DNA of 64,000 bases, taken from an uncultured virus (IMG/VR IMGVR_UViG_3300042270_000679) (taxonomy: Duplodnaviria > Heunggongvirae > Uroviricota > Caudoviricetes). Of this stretch, positions 1 to 9,637 are shown piece after piece (position 1 is the stretch's first letter; the number at the start of each line of letters is the position of its first letter). The stretch is from the IMG/VR virus record IMGVR_UViG_3300042270_000679; one strand, 5' to 3'. A model generated the notes under the pieces. That model was given only the letters and a program-made list of their open reading frames with translations. It had not been told where the DNA came from and made no database searches. The position numbers and the translations under genes were made by a program.

Positions 1-1563
1 TTATATTTCTATCTCAGTACCAGATTTAAAGCATATTACAAAGTGGTCTTCATAGACGGTAACGTTCTGGATTATCTTCTTCACAAGCTTATCGTCATAT
101 TCTAAGGTGCGGAATTTGTTCTTGCGGATAAACTCTATCAGTTCATCGATTCGTTCATTCTCTCCACTGAGGGAGGCGTCCTCTACTAAAAGAGTCTGTC
201 GCTTGTCTCGCAGCTCATCAATCTCATCTGCCAGGTATTCGTAGTCTTGGCCCTTATTAGCCAGCTTGATGAGTTCTTTTTGTTTTTCTTCAAGCAAGGT
301 ATTGATTTCTGAAATTTTATACTCCGTGTTTTCGCCAATCACTGCATGGATGTTTTCTTCAAGTGTTTTTATCATGTTATCGCCACCTGCAAGCAGCCTG
401 TTAATCGCCGTCATTACTGCACCATAGAGTTCATCTTCTTTTACGGTACGGTTCTTACAGACTTCAGGTCCTTGCTCGATTCTGGTCACACATCGCCAGA
501 CAAATTCTTTTCTGCCGTGAATATTCCAATAGGTTCTTCTATAAATATCACCGCAATCCCCACAGAAGGTGATGGCACTTAAAGCGTATTTGCTACTATA
601 GATTCGTTTGTTCTTGTTTTCACCTGTGTAGATATTACTTCTTCGATGAATTTCCTCCTGAGCCTGCAAGAATAGCTCCTTGGGAATGATTGCCTCATGG
701 CTATTTTCAACATAATACTGGGGAAGATGTCCTTCATTCTTCACTCGTTTCTTAGTCAGGAAATCCACTGTTGTTGTTTTCTGTAAAAGAGCATCTCCGA
801 TGTATTTTTCGTTTTGAAGTATCTTCTTAACTGATTCTGGTCGCCATCTTGGTTTTCCCGCTGCTGTTAAAATACCATCCTTTTCAAGACCTTGACCAAT
901 GCCTACCAAACTCTGACCTTCAAGGTATTCTCGGTAGATGCGTTTGATGATCTCAGCTTCTTCGGGGACAATGATTAAATTTCCATCTTCATCTTTGCTG
1001 TAGCCCATAAACCGTTTATGGTTGACCTGTACCTTTCCTTGTTGATATCGGTACTGTAGTCCAAGCTTAACGTTTTGTGAAAGGCTCTGGCTTTCCTGCT
1101 GTGCCAAAGATGCCATAATAGTCAGCAAAACCTCACCTTTTGCATCCATGGTGTTGATATTCTCTTTTTCAAAGTAGACGGATATGTTCTTATCCTTGAG
1201 CTGTCTAATATATTGAAGGCAGTCTAGAGTGTTACGTGCAAATCGGCTGATGGATTTAGTAATAACCATGTCGATGTTACCATCCATACACTCTGCAATC
1301 ATACGATTAAATTCGTCACGCTTTTTGGTGTTCGTCCCGGAGATACCATCATCTGCAAAGATGCCGGCAAACTCCCATTCAGTATTCTTCTTTATAAACT
1401 CTGTATAGTGTGCGACCTGAACCTCATAACTAGAATTTTGTTCTTCCGTTTCTGTAGAAACACGGCAATAGGCAGCAACACGAAGTTTCTTTATCTGTTC
1501 TTTTGCGGCTGTACTTCCTACTCTTTTACGAGCAGGAATAACCATTATATTTTTCTCTGTCAC
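1..1563 (-). CDS. Large serine recombinase (third gene of triplet)
   Basis: YCRVST catalytic Ser, SISRFARN, recombinase domain, CGDCG zinc ribbon, coiled coil. Confidence 0.95.
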   Translation of the reverse strand: MTEKNIMVIPARKRVGSTAAKEQIKKLRVAAYCRVSTETEEQNSSYEVQVAHYTEFIKKNTEWEFAGIFADDGISGTNTKKRDEFNRMIAECMDGNIDMVITKSISRFARNTLDCLQYIRQLKDKNISVYFEKENINTMDAKGEVLLTIMASLAQQESQSLSQNVKLGLQYRYQQGKVQVNHKRFMGYSKDEDGNLIIVPEEAEIIKRIYREYLEGQSLVGIGQGLEKDGILTAAGKPRWRPESVKKILQNEKYIGDALLQKTTTVDFLTKKRVKNEGHLPQYYVENSHEAIIPKELFLQAQEEIHRRSNIYTGENKNKRIYSSKYALSAITFCGDCGDIYRRTYWNIHGRKEFVWRCVTRIEQGPEVCKNRTVKEDELYGAVMTAINRLLAGGDNMIKTLEENIHAVIGENTEYKISEINTLLEEKQKELIKLANKGQDYEYLADEIDELRDKRQTLLVEDASLSGENERIDELIEFIRKNKFRTLEYDDKLVKKIIQNVTVYEDHFVICFKSGTEIEI

Positions 1564-1564
1564 T

Positions 1565-1981
1565 TTATTCCTCGCTTTCTATCAGACTATATAAGTATTC
1601 TGCTCGTTCAAAAGGATCAACTGGCATCTTATTATCTGCCTTTCTCATTTTAAATCGTTCTTTGGGAGGGGGAGAGGTGAAAGCGGCAAGCTCTACCACT
1701 CGTCCTAAATCCTTTGCACGCTTATCTCTAACTTCTTCAGCTTTATCAAATATCTCTTTATCAATGATTGCTGGATACGTATCATTTCCAAGGTAGTTGA
1801 CGTTTTTCAAAATGCGTCCCATCACAGAGTGTGTCTTATCAATACCTGCTTGTTCGCCAGCCACTATAAGGGATAGTCCTGATATGTATTTCTCAAAGAA
1901 TACCTTTACTTGACCTGCTGCCTTTTCATCGACAATAACCACTCCGTCTTGAATTTTGTATCCATATGGAATATATGCCAT
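1565..1981 (-). CDS. Small recombinase-domain-only protein (middle gene of triplet)
   Basis: IPYGY...ILKNVNYLG...[12 protein letters not shown]-binding recombinase domain without a catalytic domain. Confidence 0.85.
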   Translation of the reverse strand: MAYIPYGYKIQDGVVIVDEKAAGQVKVFFEKYISGLSLIVAGEQAGIDKTHSVMGRILKNVNYLGNDTYPAIIDKEIFDKAEEVRDKRAKDLGRVVELAAFTSPPPKERFKMRKADNKMPVDPFERAEYLYSLIESEE

Positions 1982-3547
1982 TTATCTCACCACCTTTTCT
2001 TTCAGGGAAAGACCGCATTTCAAATTGAATGTCAGCTCCTCCCTATAATTTACAATGATGTTCTCTACAAATTCTTCAAATAATTCTTCCGTGTAGTCAC
2101 CAATAAAATTATCTGCTGACACGTAATCAATGAGGTCCTTTATCTCGTTTGCTCGCAAAATCCCACTCGTGGAATTTGATACAAGGTTTGTTTTTTCGGT
2201 TGAAAGATTTTTCATCTCACTATCCAAAACATTTCGTTCCTGATTAAATAGAGCAGGCTCCAGGAAACCTTTGGCCATCAGTGTAATAAGGGTGTTGCGT
2301 TCTTCCATGAGTTGTTCCATTCGCTTATCAATAGCATCCATTCTTTCACGGTCGCTTTCTTCATCGATTTGGCTAATTGATTTGAAAAGTGGCTCAAGGA
2401 TTAGCTTGTTACTGAAAGCAAGTTTATTCATCATGGTTGTAAATGTGGCTTTGATTTCCCCATCTCGCAAGAACAACATGGAGCAACTCTCTTTGTCTTC
2501 GATATGACCGATGCAACTCCAAGCAATGTAACTCCTACCAGCTGAGTAGTTTGTCTTTCTCCTAAAATTGCGACCACACTCTCCACAGACAATCTTGCCA
2601 CTTAAAGCATATCGATTAAGATAAACGTTCTTTTTCACGCCCTTACACTTCATCTTGGCTCTTTCATCAATGAGATCTTGTGTCTTAGCAAAGTCTTCTC
2701 TACTTATAATAGGTTCATGATTGTCCTTGTAATAGTACTGGTCTTTTTCGCCTGTATTTGGATGGCGATTGTAGTTACTATCTGTGTAAGTCTTTTGTAG
2801 TAGGACATCACCCATATATTTTTCGTTTCGAAGCATGTCTATCACCGTGCCTGCACTCCAGTGATTACCTCGTCTTGCAGGGATTTTGTCTTTGTTCAAA
2901 CCTCTTGCTATAGTACCTCCACCTTTCCCTGAAAGGCACTCTGCAAAAATACGTTTGATGATTTCTGCTTCTTCTGGGACGATTACCATTTCACCATCTA
3001 TATTGGTATATCCATAGGGTGGAGTACCTACATAACTGCCGTTTTGAAATCTCTTTTGAATGGACCAGGTTGAGTTTTGTGAAATGGATGCAGACTCTTC
3101 TGCAGCAAATCCTGAAAGAATAGAAAGCATCAGCTCACTTTCCATATCACCCGTATTTAGATTCTCTTTTTCAAAATAAATGTAAACACCGATATCAATC
3201 AGCTTTCTTACTAACTCTAGGCAATCTACTGTATTACGAGCAAAGCGGCTGATTGATTTGGTGATAATAAAATCTATCCGACCTTGCTTACAATCTCGTA
3301 TCATACGGAGCAGTTCAGTCCGTTTCTCCATCTTGGTGCCGGAGATCCCTTCGTCATAATAAAGACCAGCAAACTCCCATTCAGGATTAGACTTAATATA
3401 GCGCTCATAGTGTTCACGCTGTGCCTTAAGGCTTTCAAGTTGTTCATCACTATCGGTTGAGACTCTAGCATAAGCGGCAACCCTAAGTTTCGTAGTAGGT
3501 AGTTGTCCTTGGGACAGTTCATCTATTTTTGTTATCTTTTTCATCAT
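1982..3547 (-). CDS. Large serine recombinase (first gene of triplet)
   Basis: [19 protein letters not shown] zinc ribbon. Confidence 0.95.
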   Translation of the reverse strand: MMKKITKIDELSQGQLPTTKLRVAAYARVSTDSDEQLESLKAQREHYERYIKSNPEWEFAGLYYDEGISGTKMEKRTELLRMIRDCKQGRIDFIITKSISRFARNTVDCLELVRKLIDIGVYIYFEKENLNTGDMESELMLSILSGFAAEESASISQNSTWSIQKRFQNGSYVGTPPYGYTNIDGEMVIVPEEAEIIKRIFAECLSGKGGGTIARGLNKDKIPARRGNHWSAGTVIDMLRNEKYMGDVLLQKTYTDSNYNRHPNTGEKDQYYYKDNHEPIISREDFAKTQDLIDERAKMKCKGVKKNVYLNRYALSGKIVCGECGRNFRRKTNYSAGRSYIAWSCIGHIEDKESCSMLFLRDGEIKATFTTMMNKLAFSNKLILEPLFKSISQIDEESDRERMDAIDKRMEQLMEERNTLITLMAKGFLEPALFNQERNVLDSEMKNLSTEKTNLVSNSTSGILRANEIKDLIDYVSADNFIGDYTEELFEEFVENIIVNYREELTFNLKCGLSLKEKVVR

Positions 3548-3570
3548 CTCACCTCGCTTTCGCCCATACC

Positions 3571-3606
3571 ATACATCACTCTAAAAGCTATTAATAGCAA
3601 GCTTTT
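3571..3606 (-). promoter_or_regulatory. Conserved upstream motif AAAAGCTTGCTA-N-TTTAGAGTGATGTAT, copy 1
   Basis: Same 36-nt pattern at 27675-27710 and 61058-61094, each just upstream of an RBS. Confidence 0.6.
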
Positions 3607-3821
3607 TAGGACATAATCTCGGCTAAACGGGGAGAGAATTTCTGCCTGTTCAATGCTGATATTTTGTGTAATTCATCCACTGTGATTTTGCCTTCTTTAT
3701 ATAGGTTTGCGACAATACTCTCGGCTATATGAAAGTCATATTCCTTTTGTAATTCTTCCTCTGTCATCTGCTTGGTCTTGCCCTTTAAAGGACAGCCGTC
3801 TTTTACTTCATAAATGTTCAT
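3606..3821 (-). CDS. SHOCT-like small protein preceding the recombinases
   Basis: LYKEGKITVDELHKI motif; orthologue at 61093-61311; ATG at 3821 follows AGGAGG. Confidence 0.75.
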   Translation of the reverse strand: MNIYEVKDGCPLKGKTKQMTEEELQKEYDFHIAESIVANLYKEGKITVDELHKISALNRQKFSPRLAEIMS

Positions 3822-3830
3822 AGAAAAACA

Positions 3831-3874
3831 CCTCCTACCTAGTAGCCACGGCAGGAGGTGAAATCTGATGATTT
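3831..3874 (-). promoter_or_regulatory. Bipartite motif TCAGATTT-N13-GGCTACTAGGTAG, copy C (putative phage-sigma promoter)
   Basis: Identical blocks and spacing at 8128-8161 and 37428-37461. Confidence 0.7.
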
Positions 3875-3876
3875 CT

Positions 3877-5817
3877 TTAATCTTTTTGATAAAATTCACA
3901 TTCATAGCCATCGGCATCAAGGAGCAGCCCTTTTGCCCAAGGTGGCACTTGACTCATCTGTTTACATACTTCAGTAACCGCTATTTGAGGATTCGCTTCA
4001 ATAATTACTTCATCATGGACATGAGCCACAATACGATAAGTACTAAGCATCTTCATTGAATACATTAAAATATCACGGGAGATGGCTTGAACAATATTCT
4101 CTACAAACTTAGGACCGTAACTTTCAAGACGCTCCCATTTCTTTGTTCCACCTACTCCTTCATAGGTAACAGACTCACCACCAAACTGATTCTCACCAAT
4201 TCGAGGTTTTACATAGGCAAGCCGTCTACCTGAGGGAAGAATGATAAAAAGCATGCCACTAAGACAATGAAACTCGATGCCATGGGTTTCTTGTGATTTA
4301 TTTTCCTTTACGCATTGTTTAGCCGCCCGATCTACATCCCACCAGAACTGTGTGATGTTGGGATTAGACATTCTCCAGGCATTCACAAGCGGTTTTAATT
4401 CTTCCTCTTCAAGCCCCATCTCTAATGCACCCATGGCTTTTAGCGCACCAACAGAACCACCATAACCCAGTGCCAATTCAGCGATTTTACCCTTCTGTCT
4501 CAAGTGACCGTTCACACCATGCTTTTCAACGGGGACCTTAAACATCTGGGAGGCAGATGCACAGTAGATATCACCCCCACTGGCAAATACCTTTGTTCGC
4601 CATGTTTCGCCTGCAAGCCATGAAAGCACACGAGCTTCAATGGCTGAGAAGTCAGCCACAATAAACTTATGACCAACTCTTGGTACAAAGGCTGTACGAA
4701 TCAGTTGTGAGAGGGTATCTGGTATATCTTCATAGAGCAGTTCTAGTGTTTCAACATCACCATTTCTAACAATATTTCGCGCCTCTTTTAAGTCTGGCAT
4801 ATGGTTTTGAGGGAGGTTTTGCAATTGCACCAGCCTTCCGGCAAAGCGTCCTGTTCTGTTGGCTCCATAAAACTGAAACATACCTCTGGCGCGAGAATCA
4901 ATACAAACTGCATTTTCCATTGCTCTATATTTCTTTACCGAGGATTTTGCCAGTTGCTGACGGAGCGAAAGAGCTTCTTTTAGTTCACCATCGGTTTCCT
5001 TAAGTTTCTCTGCAACCGCCTTTTTGCCGAGTGTCTCCATCTCTAGACCGTTTTCGAAAAGCCAGTCTTTCATCTGTTGTACAGAGTTTGGGTTATCCAG
5101 ATTTGTTATCTGCTGCATAGCAGTTAGTAGTTTTTCATGAGATATGTCATCCATGGCGATGGCCTGCTTAACAAAATCCATATCCACCTTTATGCCTCGA
5201 TCGTTGATTTCTTGGTCGAGATGATACTCATCCCAGATGTCCTCTGGTACTGGAAACTTAATCAATCTTTGTTGTATCTGTATTTCTGCCTCCACATCAC
5301 GTTTGTTATATGCTTTAAACTGCTGCCATTTATCGATTTCATCAGTGGGTAGGTTACGGGTTCTACCACCATTTATTTTTGTTGGAGTACATGGAAGACA
5401 AAAATAGCGTATCAGGTCTTTACCCTCCGTCAGCTTTTGCTTTTCAAGTCCTAGCACTGCACCTACACCTTCTAAAGAAAGAGGTAAACCCATATAGGCA
5501 GACCAAACCATGGAACATTTCCATGAGGAAGGATTTAGATAAGTCCCAGTGGGATAGCCCAAATAACGTGAAAGGCATACTCGCTCAAACTGAGCATTAA
5601 ATGCCCACTTCGTAATGGTTTCATCGGTTAAGGCATCTAGGATTTCTTTTGGAATCTTTTCTCTATTCTTCAAATCGATGACCTTAACTTCACCACCGTC
5701 AACCGCATAACCAAACAGCATCACCTCAAAATCATCTGCTTCTACGTAACGATAAACACCACTCTTTTGTAGATTGGTAGATGAATAGGTTTCTATATCA
5801 ATTTCTAAGTTTTTCAT
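3877..5817 (-). CDS. Phage family A DNA polymerase (3'-5' exonuclease plus polymerase, no 5'-3' exonuclease)
   Basis: DIET exo I, DFSAIE motif A, RQKGKIAELALGYG motif B, HVHDE motif C. Confidence 0.95.
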   Translation of the reverse strand: MKNLEIDIETYSSTNLQKSGVYRYVEADDFEVMLFGYAVDGGEVKVIDLKNREKIPKEILDALTDETITKWAFNAQFERVCLSRYLGYPTGTYLNPSSWKCSMVWSAYMGLPLSLEGVGAVLGLEKQKLTEGKDLIRYFCLPCTPTKINGGRTRNLPTDEIDKWQQFKAYNKRDVEAEIQIQQRLIKFPVPEDIWDEYHLDQEINDRGIKVDMDFVKQAIAMDDISHEKLLTAMQQITNLDNPNSVQQMKDWLFENGLEMETLGKKAVAEKLKETDGELKEALSLRQQLAKSSVKKYRAMENAVCIDSRARGMFQFYGANRTGRFAGRLVQLQNLPQNHMPDLKEARNIVRNGDVETLELLYEDIPDTLSQLIRTAFVPRVGHKFIVADFSAIEARVLSWLAGETWRTKVFASGGDIYCASASQMFKVPVEKHGVNGHLRQKGKIAELALGYGGSVGALKAMGALEMGLEEEELKPLVNAWRMSNPNITQFWWDVDRAAKQCVKENKSQETHGIEFHCLSGMLFIILPSGRRLAYVKPRIGENQFGGESVTYEGVGGTKKWERLESYGPKFVENIVQAISRDILMYSMKMLSTYRIVAHVHDEVIIEANPQIAVTEVCKQMSQVPPWAKGLLLDADGYECEFYQKD

Positions 5818-5838
5818 AGCTACCACCTTTCCTAAATG

Positions 5839-5871
5839 AAAAAGGTGGCAGAGGGAAGTCCTCCACCACCG
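5839..5871 (-). terminator. Intrinsic terminator or attenuator between DUF2815 and the polymerase gene
   Basis: GGTGGTGGAGG-ACTTC-CCTCTGCCACC followed by TTTTT on - strand. Confidence 0.65.
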
Positions 5872-5889
5872 TCAAGTTTATTGTTTCTA

Positions 5890-6441
5890 TTAGGCAAGGA
5901 AGTCATCATCGACAAGAGTCGTAAAATCATCTACTGCAGAAGTCTTACCACCTAGAGGTTCTCCGTCTCTAATTTTTTGAATGTTACCAAGGCCACAAGC
6001 TACACCTTTATTACCATTTGAGTTGAAGGCATAGAAGTTAAGTGAAACCCTGCCATAACAACCGCTGTACACCTCACTGCGATCCATAATCGGCTTAACA
6101 CTTTTATCTACAATCTGTGGCGCTGTCTTGCTATTTGCATTGATGAAGTAATGGCCTTTATAAGCCTCATCATCACGCTCTACATCTCCATCACGCAGTG
6201 GTAGTTTAATAGCAGCTTTATTAGGTTTCTTACCACCAAACTTTGCGATACCTTCCTCAATGGCAGCATCAACAGCCTCATTGATAGCATTGATGGTTTC
6301 TGTATCATCCTTCGGGATAAGAACAGATACACTGTATTTTTCTGTACCACCGTTAATGGATACAGGCTCCCAGCCGTGGAAGTAAGAAAGTCTTGAATTT
6401 ACACCTGTGATAACTTTTGTCTTGTTTTGCATATTTGCCAT
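5890..6441 (-). CDS. DUF2815 single-stranded DNA-binding protein (T7 gp2.5/Enc34-like)
   Basis: LRDGD, YSGCY, GLGNIQK motifs; acidic tail DDDFLA. Confidence 0.9.
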   Translation of the reverse strand: MANMQNKTKVITGVNSRLSYFHGWEPVSINGGTEKYSVSVLIPKDDTETINAINEAVDAAIEEGIAKFGGKKPNKAAIKLPLRDGDVERDDEAYKGHYFINANSKTAPQIVDKSVKPIMDRSEVYSGCYGRVSLNFYAFNSNGNKGVACGLGNIQKIRDGEPLGGKTSAVDDFTTLVDDDFLA

Positions 6442-6446
6442 ACTAT

Positions 6447-7583
6447 TTAATCCTCCTTGATTTCGTTAAATTCGTTTTTAGCATCTGTTACGTTCATAGC
6501 CGGTCTTTTATCCGAATTAGGAACAAGAGTCGGCTTGCCCGGTGGTTTATAAATGAGGTCACCAAGAATATCCTCAAATTTGGATTTACCCATCAGTTTC
6601 TGCATCTCTGTCATAGGAATAAGGCTCTTACGGTAAATGTCTTGATAGCCACTTGCCACAGCTTTTTCTGTGATAGCATTTTCATCCTTGTACTTACGAA
6701 CTGAGCGACCTTCTACCACTTTAAATCCGTTCCAGACTTTACCGTGGTTCACTGCTGCCTCTGTCGCATAAGCCGATATTTCATTCGCCCATTTGGTAAG
6801 GTCGGGGAGAATAAGCAAGACTTCTTCTATCTCCGTATCTGTAAGTAAAGGTGGCATCTTAAACTCCATCTGTGCAAGCTTTAGTTTTTCATCAGCCCTT
6901 GCACGACATCGATTGGATGCTCTGCAGAAAGTACACCACGGGCCAGGGACATATTCACCCTCACCATTAAAGGCTTTTTCTGCCCTCGGTTTTAGTTCCT
7001 CATTAGCCCACTCTTTCAGTTCTTCCACTGGAATTGTCCATGTACTGACATTTTCTCTTCTTGGCTGAAAGATCGTCATGGACACTTCTTTAATGTCGTA
7101 CAGGTGATCATAGATTCCAAGTGCTCCTAGGGCATACAGTTTCATCTGTGGATTGTCCACTGCATCAACTAGCACACCCAGTCCATATTTGAAGTCTACG
7201 ATGTGAAGTCTGTCATCTGAAATGATTACACAGTCTCCTGTCCCAAAACCATCTGGAACATAACAAGAGAAGTCAAGACGTTGTTCAATAAGAACGATAG
7301 GATCTGTGCAAGACTTTCTTGCAAGTTCCACCTGCTCCATAACAAAGTCCACGTAAGCATCCGTACATTCCTCCATCTCATCAGAGCCATATTCAGAGAT
7401 AGGTCTTTTGCTTCTCATATGAAGTGCCTTTTTGAGCTTATGTTCACATAGGTCATGAGCCGCTGTCCCTTCTTTTGCTGCTGCACCGCTTTGGTCTTCG
7501 AAATCAAGTTCAAGCCTTGCTGAGGGTAAGCATTTCAGCCACCTGTGGGAAGAAGATGCAGATAATAGTGCATGTTTACCCAT
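6447..7583 (-). CDS. DUF2800 Cas4-like PD-(D/E)xK exonuclease
   Basis: HALLSASS..RW..C, GTGD, DFKYG, QMKLYA, C..C.....C. Confidence 0.9.
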   Translation of the reverse strand: MGKHALLSASSSHRWLKCLPSARLELDFEDQSGAAAKEGTAAHDLCEHKLKKALHMRSKRPISEYGSDEMEECTDAYVDFVMEQVELARKSCTDPIVLIEQRLDFSCYVPDGFGTGDCVIISDDRLHIVDFKYGLGVLVDAVDNPQMKLYALGALGIYDHLYDIKEVSMTIFQPRRENVSTWTIPVEELKEWANEELKPRAEKAFNGEGEYVPGPWCTFCRASNRCRARADEKLKLAQMEFKMPPLLTDTEIEEVLLILPDLTKWANEISAYATEAAVNHGKVWNGFKVVEGRSVRKYKDENAITEKAVASGYQDIYRKSLIPMTEMQKLMGKSKFEDILGDLIYKPPGKPTLVPNSDKRPAMNVTDAKNEFNEIKED

Positions 7584-7899
7584 TACCAAGACCCTCCGCA
7601 TCTTTCAAAATGTCAGCGTAGTAAATCTTGTCTACGGCACTTAACTTCTCAGCACCATACTTTTCAATTAGCCCGCGCACTTCAGCAGTAAATCCTTGCT
7701 GACTCTTCTGGGCAAGTACCATTCTTACTTTTTCCAGTGAGATGTCAGGTTCCTTTACTACTTCTGCCTTTGTGGTCGGTTCTTCTTTTGGAGCAGAATC
7801 ATTTTCTGTCATCACATCACAAACCACCTGTATGCTGTCAGCTAGACTTCGCATATCGTTTACCACGTCAAGCAGTAACTTTATTTTGCTCAAGGTCAT
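7576..7899 (-). CDS. Small phage replication-module protein (often annotated rrp5-like)
   Basis: ISLEKVRMVLA...KYGAEKLS; stop overlaps the DUF2800 start. Confidence 0.7.
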   Translation of the reverse strand: MTLSKIKLLLDVVNDMRSLADSIQVVCDVMTENDSAPKEEPTTKAEVVKEPDISLEKVRMVLAQKSQQGFTAEVRGLIEKYGAEKLSAVDKIYYADILKDAEGLGNG

Positions 7900-8086
7900 T
7901 TCCTCCTTTCTCCATTTCACAGATTGAGAGTTCCTCGATGCTATCTCCGGGGATTACAATCGTTACACGCTGTTTACCTCCCAAAAGAAATCGAAGGACT
8001 CGCTCCCTCACGGAAAAGTTACGGTAGGTAACAAGTCCGCCTATCTGTGGTTTTCTAGAAACACTGATTTTTAAATTGTGTTTCAT
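7868..8086 (-). CDS. Hypothetical phage protein
   Basis: RBS GAGGTG, coupled to the downstream gene; first gene after motif copy B. Confidence 0.7.
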   Translation of the reverse strand: MKHNLKISVSRKPQIGGLVTYRNFSVRERVLRFLLGGKQRVTIVIPGDSIEELSICEMEKGGNDLEQNKVTA

Positions 8087-8123
8087 ATCCATCACCTCTT
8101 TCTGAAGGCTGATTTTTTGGTTG

Positions 8124-8167
8124 CCCTCTACCTAGTAGCCACAGGAGGAAAGTAAATCTGACGGTTT
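8124..8167 (-). promoter_or_regulatory. Bipartite motif copy B (putative phage-sigma promoter)
   Basis: AAACCGTCAGATTT-N13-GGCTACTAGGTAG directly after the lysis terminator. Confidence 0.7.
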
Positions 8168-8216
8168 AAAAAAAAGAATGCCTACCAAAGAGAAATACTC
8201 CGTGATAGGCATTCTT
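8168..8216 (-). terminator. Intrinsic terminator of the lysis genes
   Basis: AAGAATGCCTATC...GGTAGGCATTCTT plus T-run; homologous hairpin at 61397-61440. Confidence 0.85.
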
Positions 8217-8224
8217 GATTACTG

Positions 8225-9163
8225 TTATTTCAAGAGTTCATTGACCCTTTTTTGTACAGTGACATAATCATAACCGGCTTTTGTCAGTTGATTTTTTCGC
8301 TCCTGCCCATTACCCCACTCGCCACGAATGACCTCACGGGCAATGGTATCAATAGACTTTTTACTAGATAACATCTCATTGACCTTTGACTGGACCGTAG
8401 TGTAATCATAGCTTGCATCGGTTAAGCGTTTCTTTCTCTCTTCACCATTACCCCATAAACCCTGAATCACTTCTTTAGCCAGTACCTCGACAGATTTCTT
8501 GTCTGAAGGTGCAGGTTCACTTTCTTCCTTTTTCAAATGATTTAGCTCCGCATTTTTAATAATCGCTTGATAGTCCTTATAGGCATAATTCATATCCAAA
8601 TTTCCAGAGTAGCCATTTAACTTGCCTTTGCTCGTGTACTGCCATATACCATGACGAAGGGTTGGTTCTTTGCTTGACCACTGAGCTACCCAAAAATCAT
8701 AAGGGGCAAGTCGATCAAGTTCTGTCAAATCTTGAAACCAAGAACTAGACGCATAGATACCGGCATAATAGCCTGCATTTTCCACTGTCTCACAAAAACC
8801 TATCAACGCATCGGTAATGGCTTTCTTGCCACTTGGACGTTGGTGATAGTTATCCTCTGTATCAATAAATACTGGATAAGAGATCGTCTTGCCTTTGATA
8901 ATTTCAAGGCATTTCTTTGCTTCTGTGATACCCTTAGTACTGGTATTTGCACAGCTGTACCAATAAACACCAATTGGAACACCTCTTTCATGAAAGGCTT
9001 TGTAGTGTTGCTCAAAAGCATCATCTTTGTGTAAACTCACTCCTGTACCGTGACCGGTGTATCCTGCACGTAGAATGACAAAATCAACCTCTTTTGCAAG
9101 ATGGTCATAGTTTATCTGACTTGGTTTTTGCCACGTACTAATATCGATTCCTTTAGTTTTCAT
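8225..9163 (-). CDS. Endolysin, GH25 muramidase with two Cpl-7 (CW_7) repeats
   Basis: GIDIS.WQ, FIDTE, WQYTS, LDMN; two A.EVI.G.WGNG.ERK repeats. Confidence 0.93.
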   Translation of the reverse strand: MKTKGIDISTWQKPSQINYDHLAKEVDFVILRAGYTGHGTGVSLHKDDAFEQHYKAFHERGVPIGVYWYSCANTSTKGITEAKKCLEIIKGKTISYPVFIDTEDNYHQRPSGKKAITDALIGFCETVENAGYYAGIYASSSWFQDLTELDRLAPYDFWVAQWSSKEPTLRHGIWQYTSKGKLNGYSGNLDMNYAYKDYQAIIKNAELNHLKKEESEPAPSDKKSVEVLAKEVIQGLWGNGEERKKRLTDASYDYTTVQSKVNEMLSSKKSIDTIAREVIRGEWGNGQERKNQLTKAGYDYVTVQKRVNELLK

Positions 9164-9165
9164 GA

Positions 9166-9576
9166 TTATTCCTCCTTGTCGCTCTTGTTATGGAGCTGTT
9201 TTAATACATCTTTTAGTTTTTCTGGGATCGGTAGTCCAAGGTGAGCTGAATTTTCTAACAGCGAAATTCCCTCATTTGATAGATAGAAGAAAACAATCGC
9301 TGTTCTTAGTACGCTCCCATCACCAATCACATAGACATCTAAAATATTGGCCACACCCACTAAAGCAAAAATCAGCACTTTACGGCTGATTCCGATAAAT
9401 CCCACTTCACTTGATAGGGTCCTATCAGCGATGGCACATAAGACACCTGTTAGATAGTCGATAACTACAAAGACCAGTAGTGCATATAAAAATCCGTCTG
9501 CTCCTCCTAAAAACCAACCGAAGAATCCACCGATTGCTGTTATCCCCACTTGGATCCAGTTCCATATTTCTTTCAT
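9166..9576 (-). CDS. Holin (phage holin 4 family)
   Basis: Hydrophobic helices, DYLTG, NEGISLLEN; immediately upstream of the lysin. Confidence 0.92.
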   Translation of the reverse strand: MKEIWNWIQVGITAIGGFFGWFLGGADGFLYALLVFVVIDYLTGVLCAIADRTLSSEVGFIGISRKVLIFALVGVANILDVYVIGDGSVLRTAIVFFYLSNEGISLLENSAHLGLPIPEKLKDVLKQLHNKSDKEE

Positions 9577-9601
9577 TTAAAAATCCTCCTTTTGTTGAAA
9601 T

Positions 9602-9631
9602 AAAAAGAACACCTACTTTTTGCAGATGTTC
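9602..9631 (-). terminator. Putative terminator between tail and lysis genes
   Basis: GAACATCTGC-loop-GTAGGTGTTC followed by TTTTT. Confidence 0.55.
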
Positions 9632-9637
9632 CTTTGA

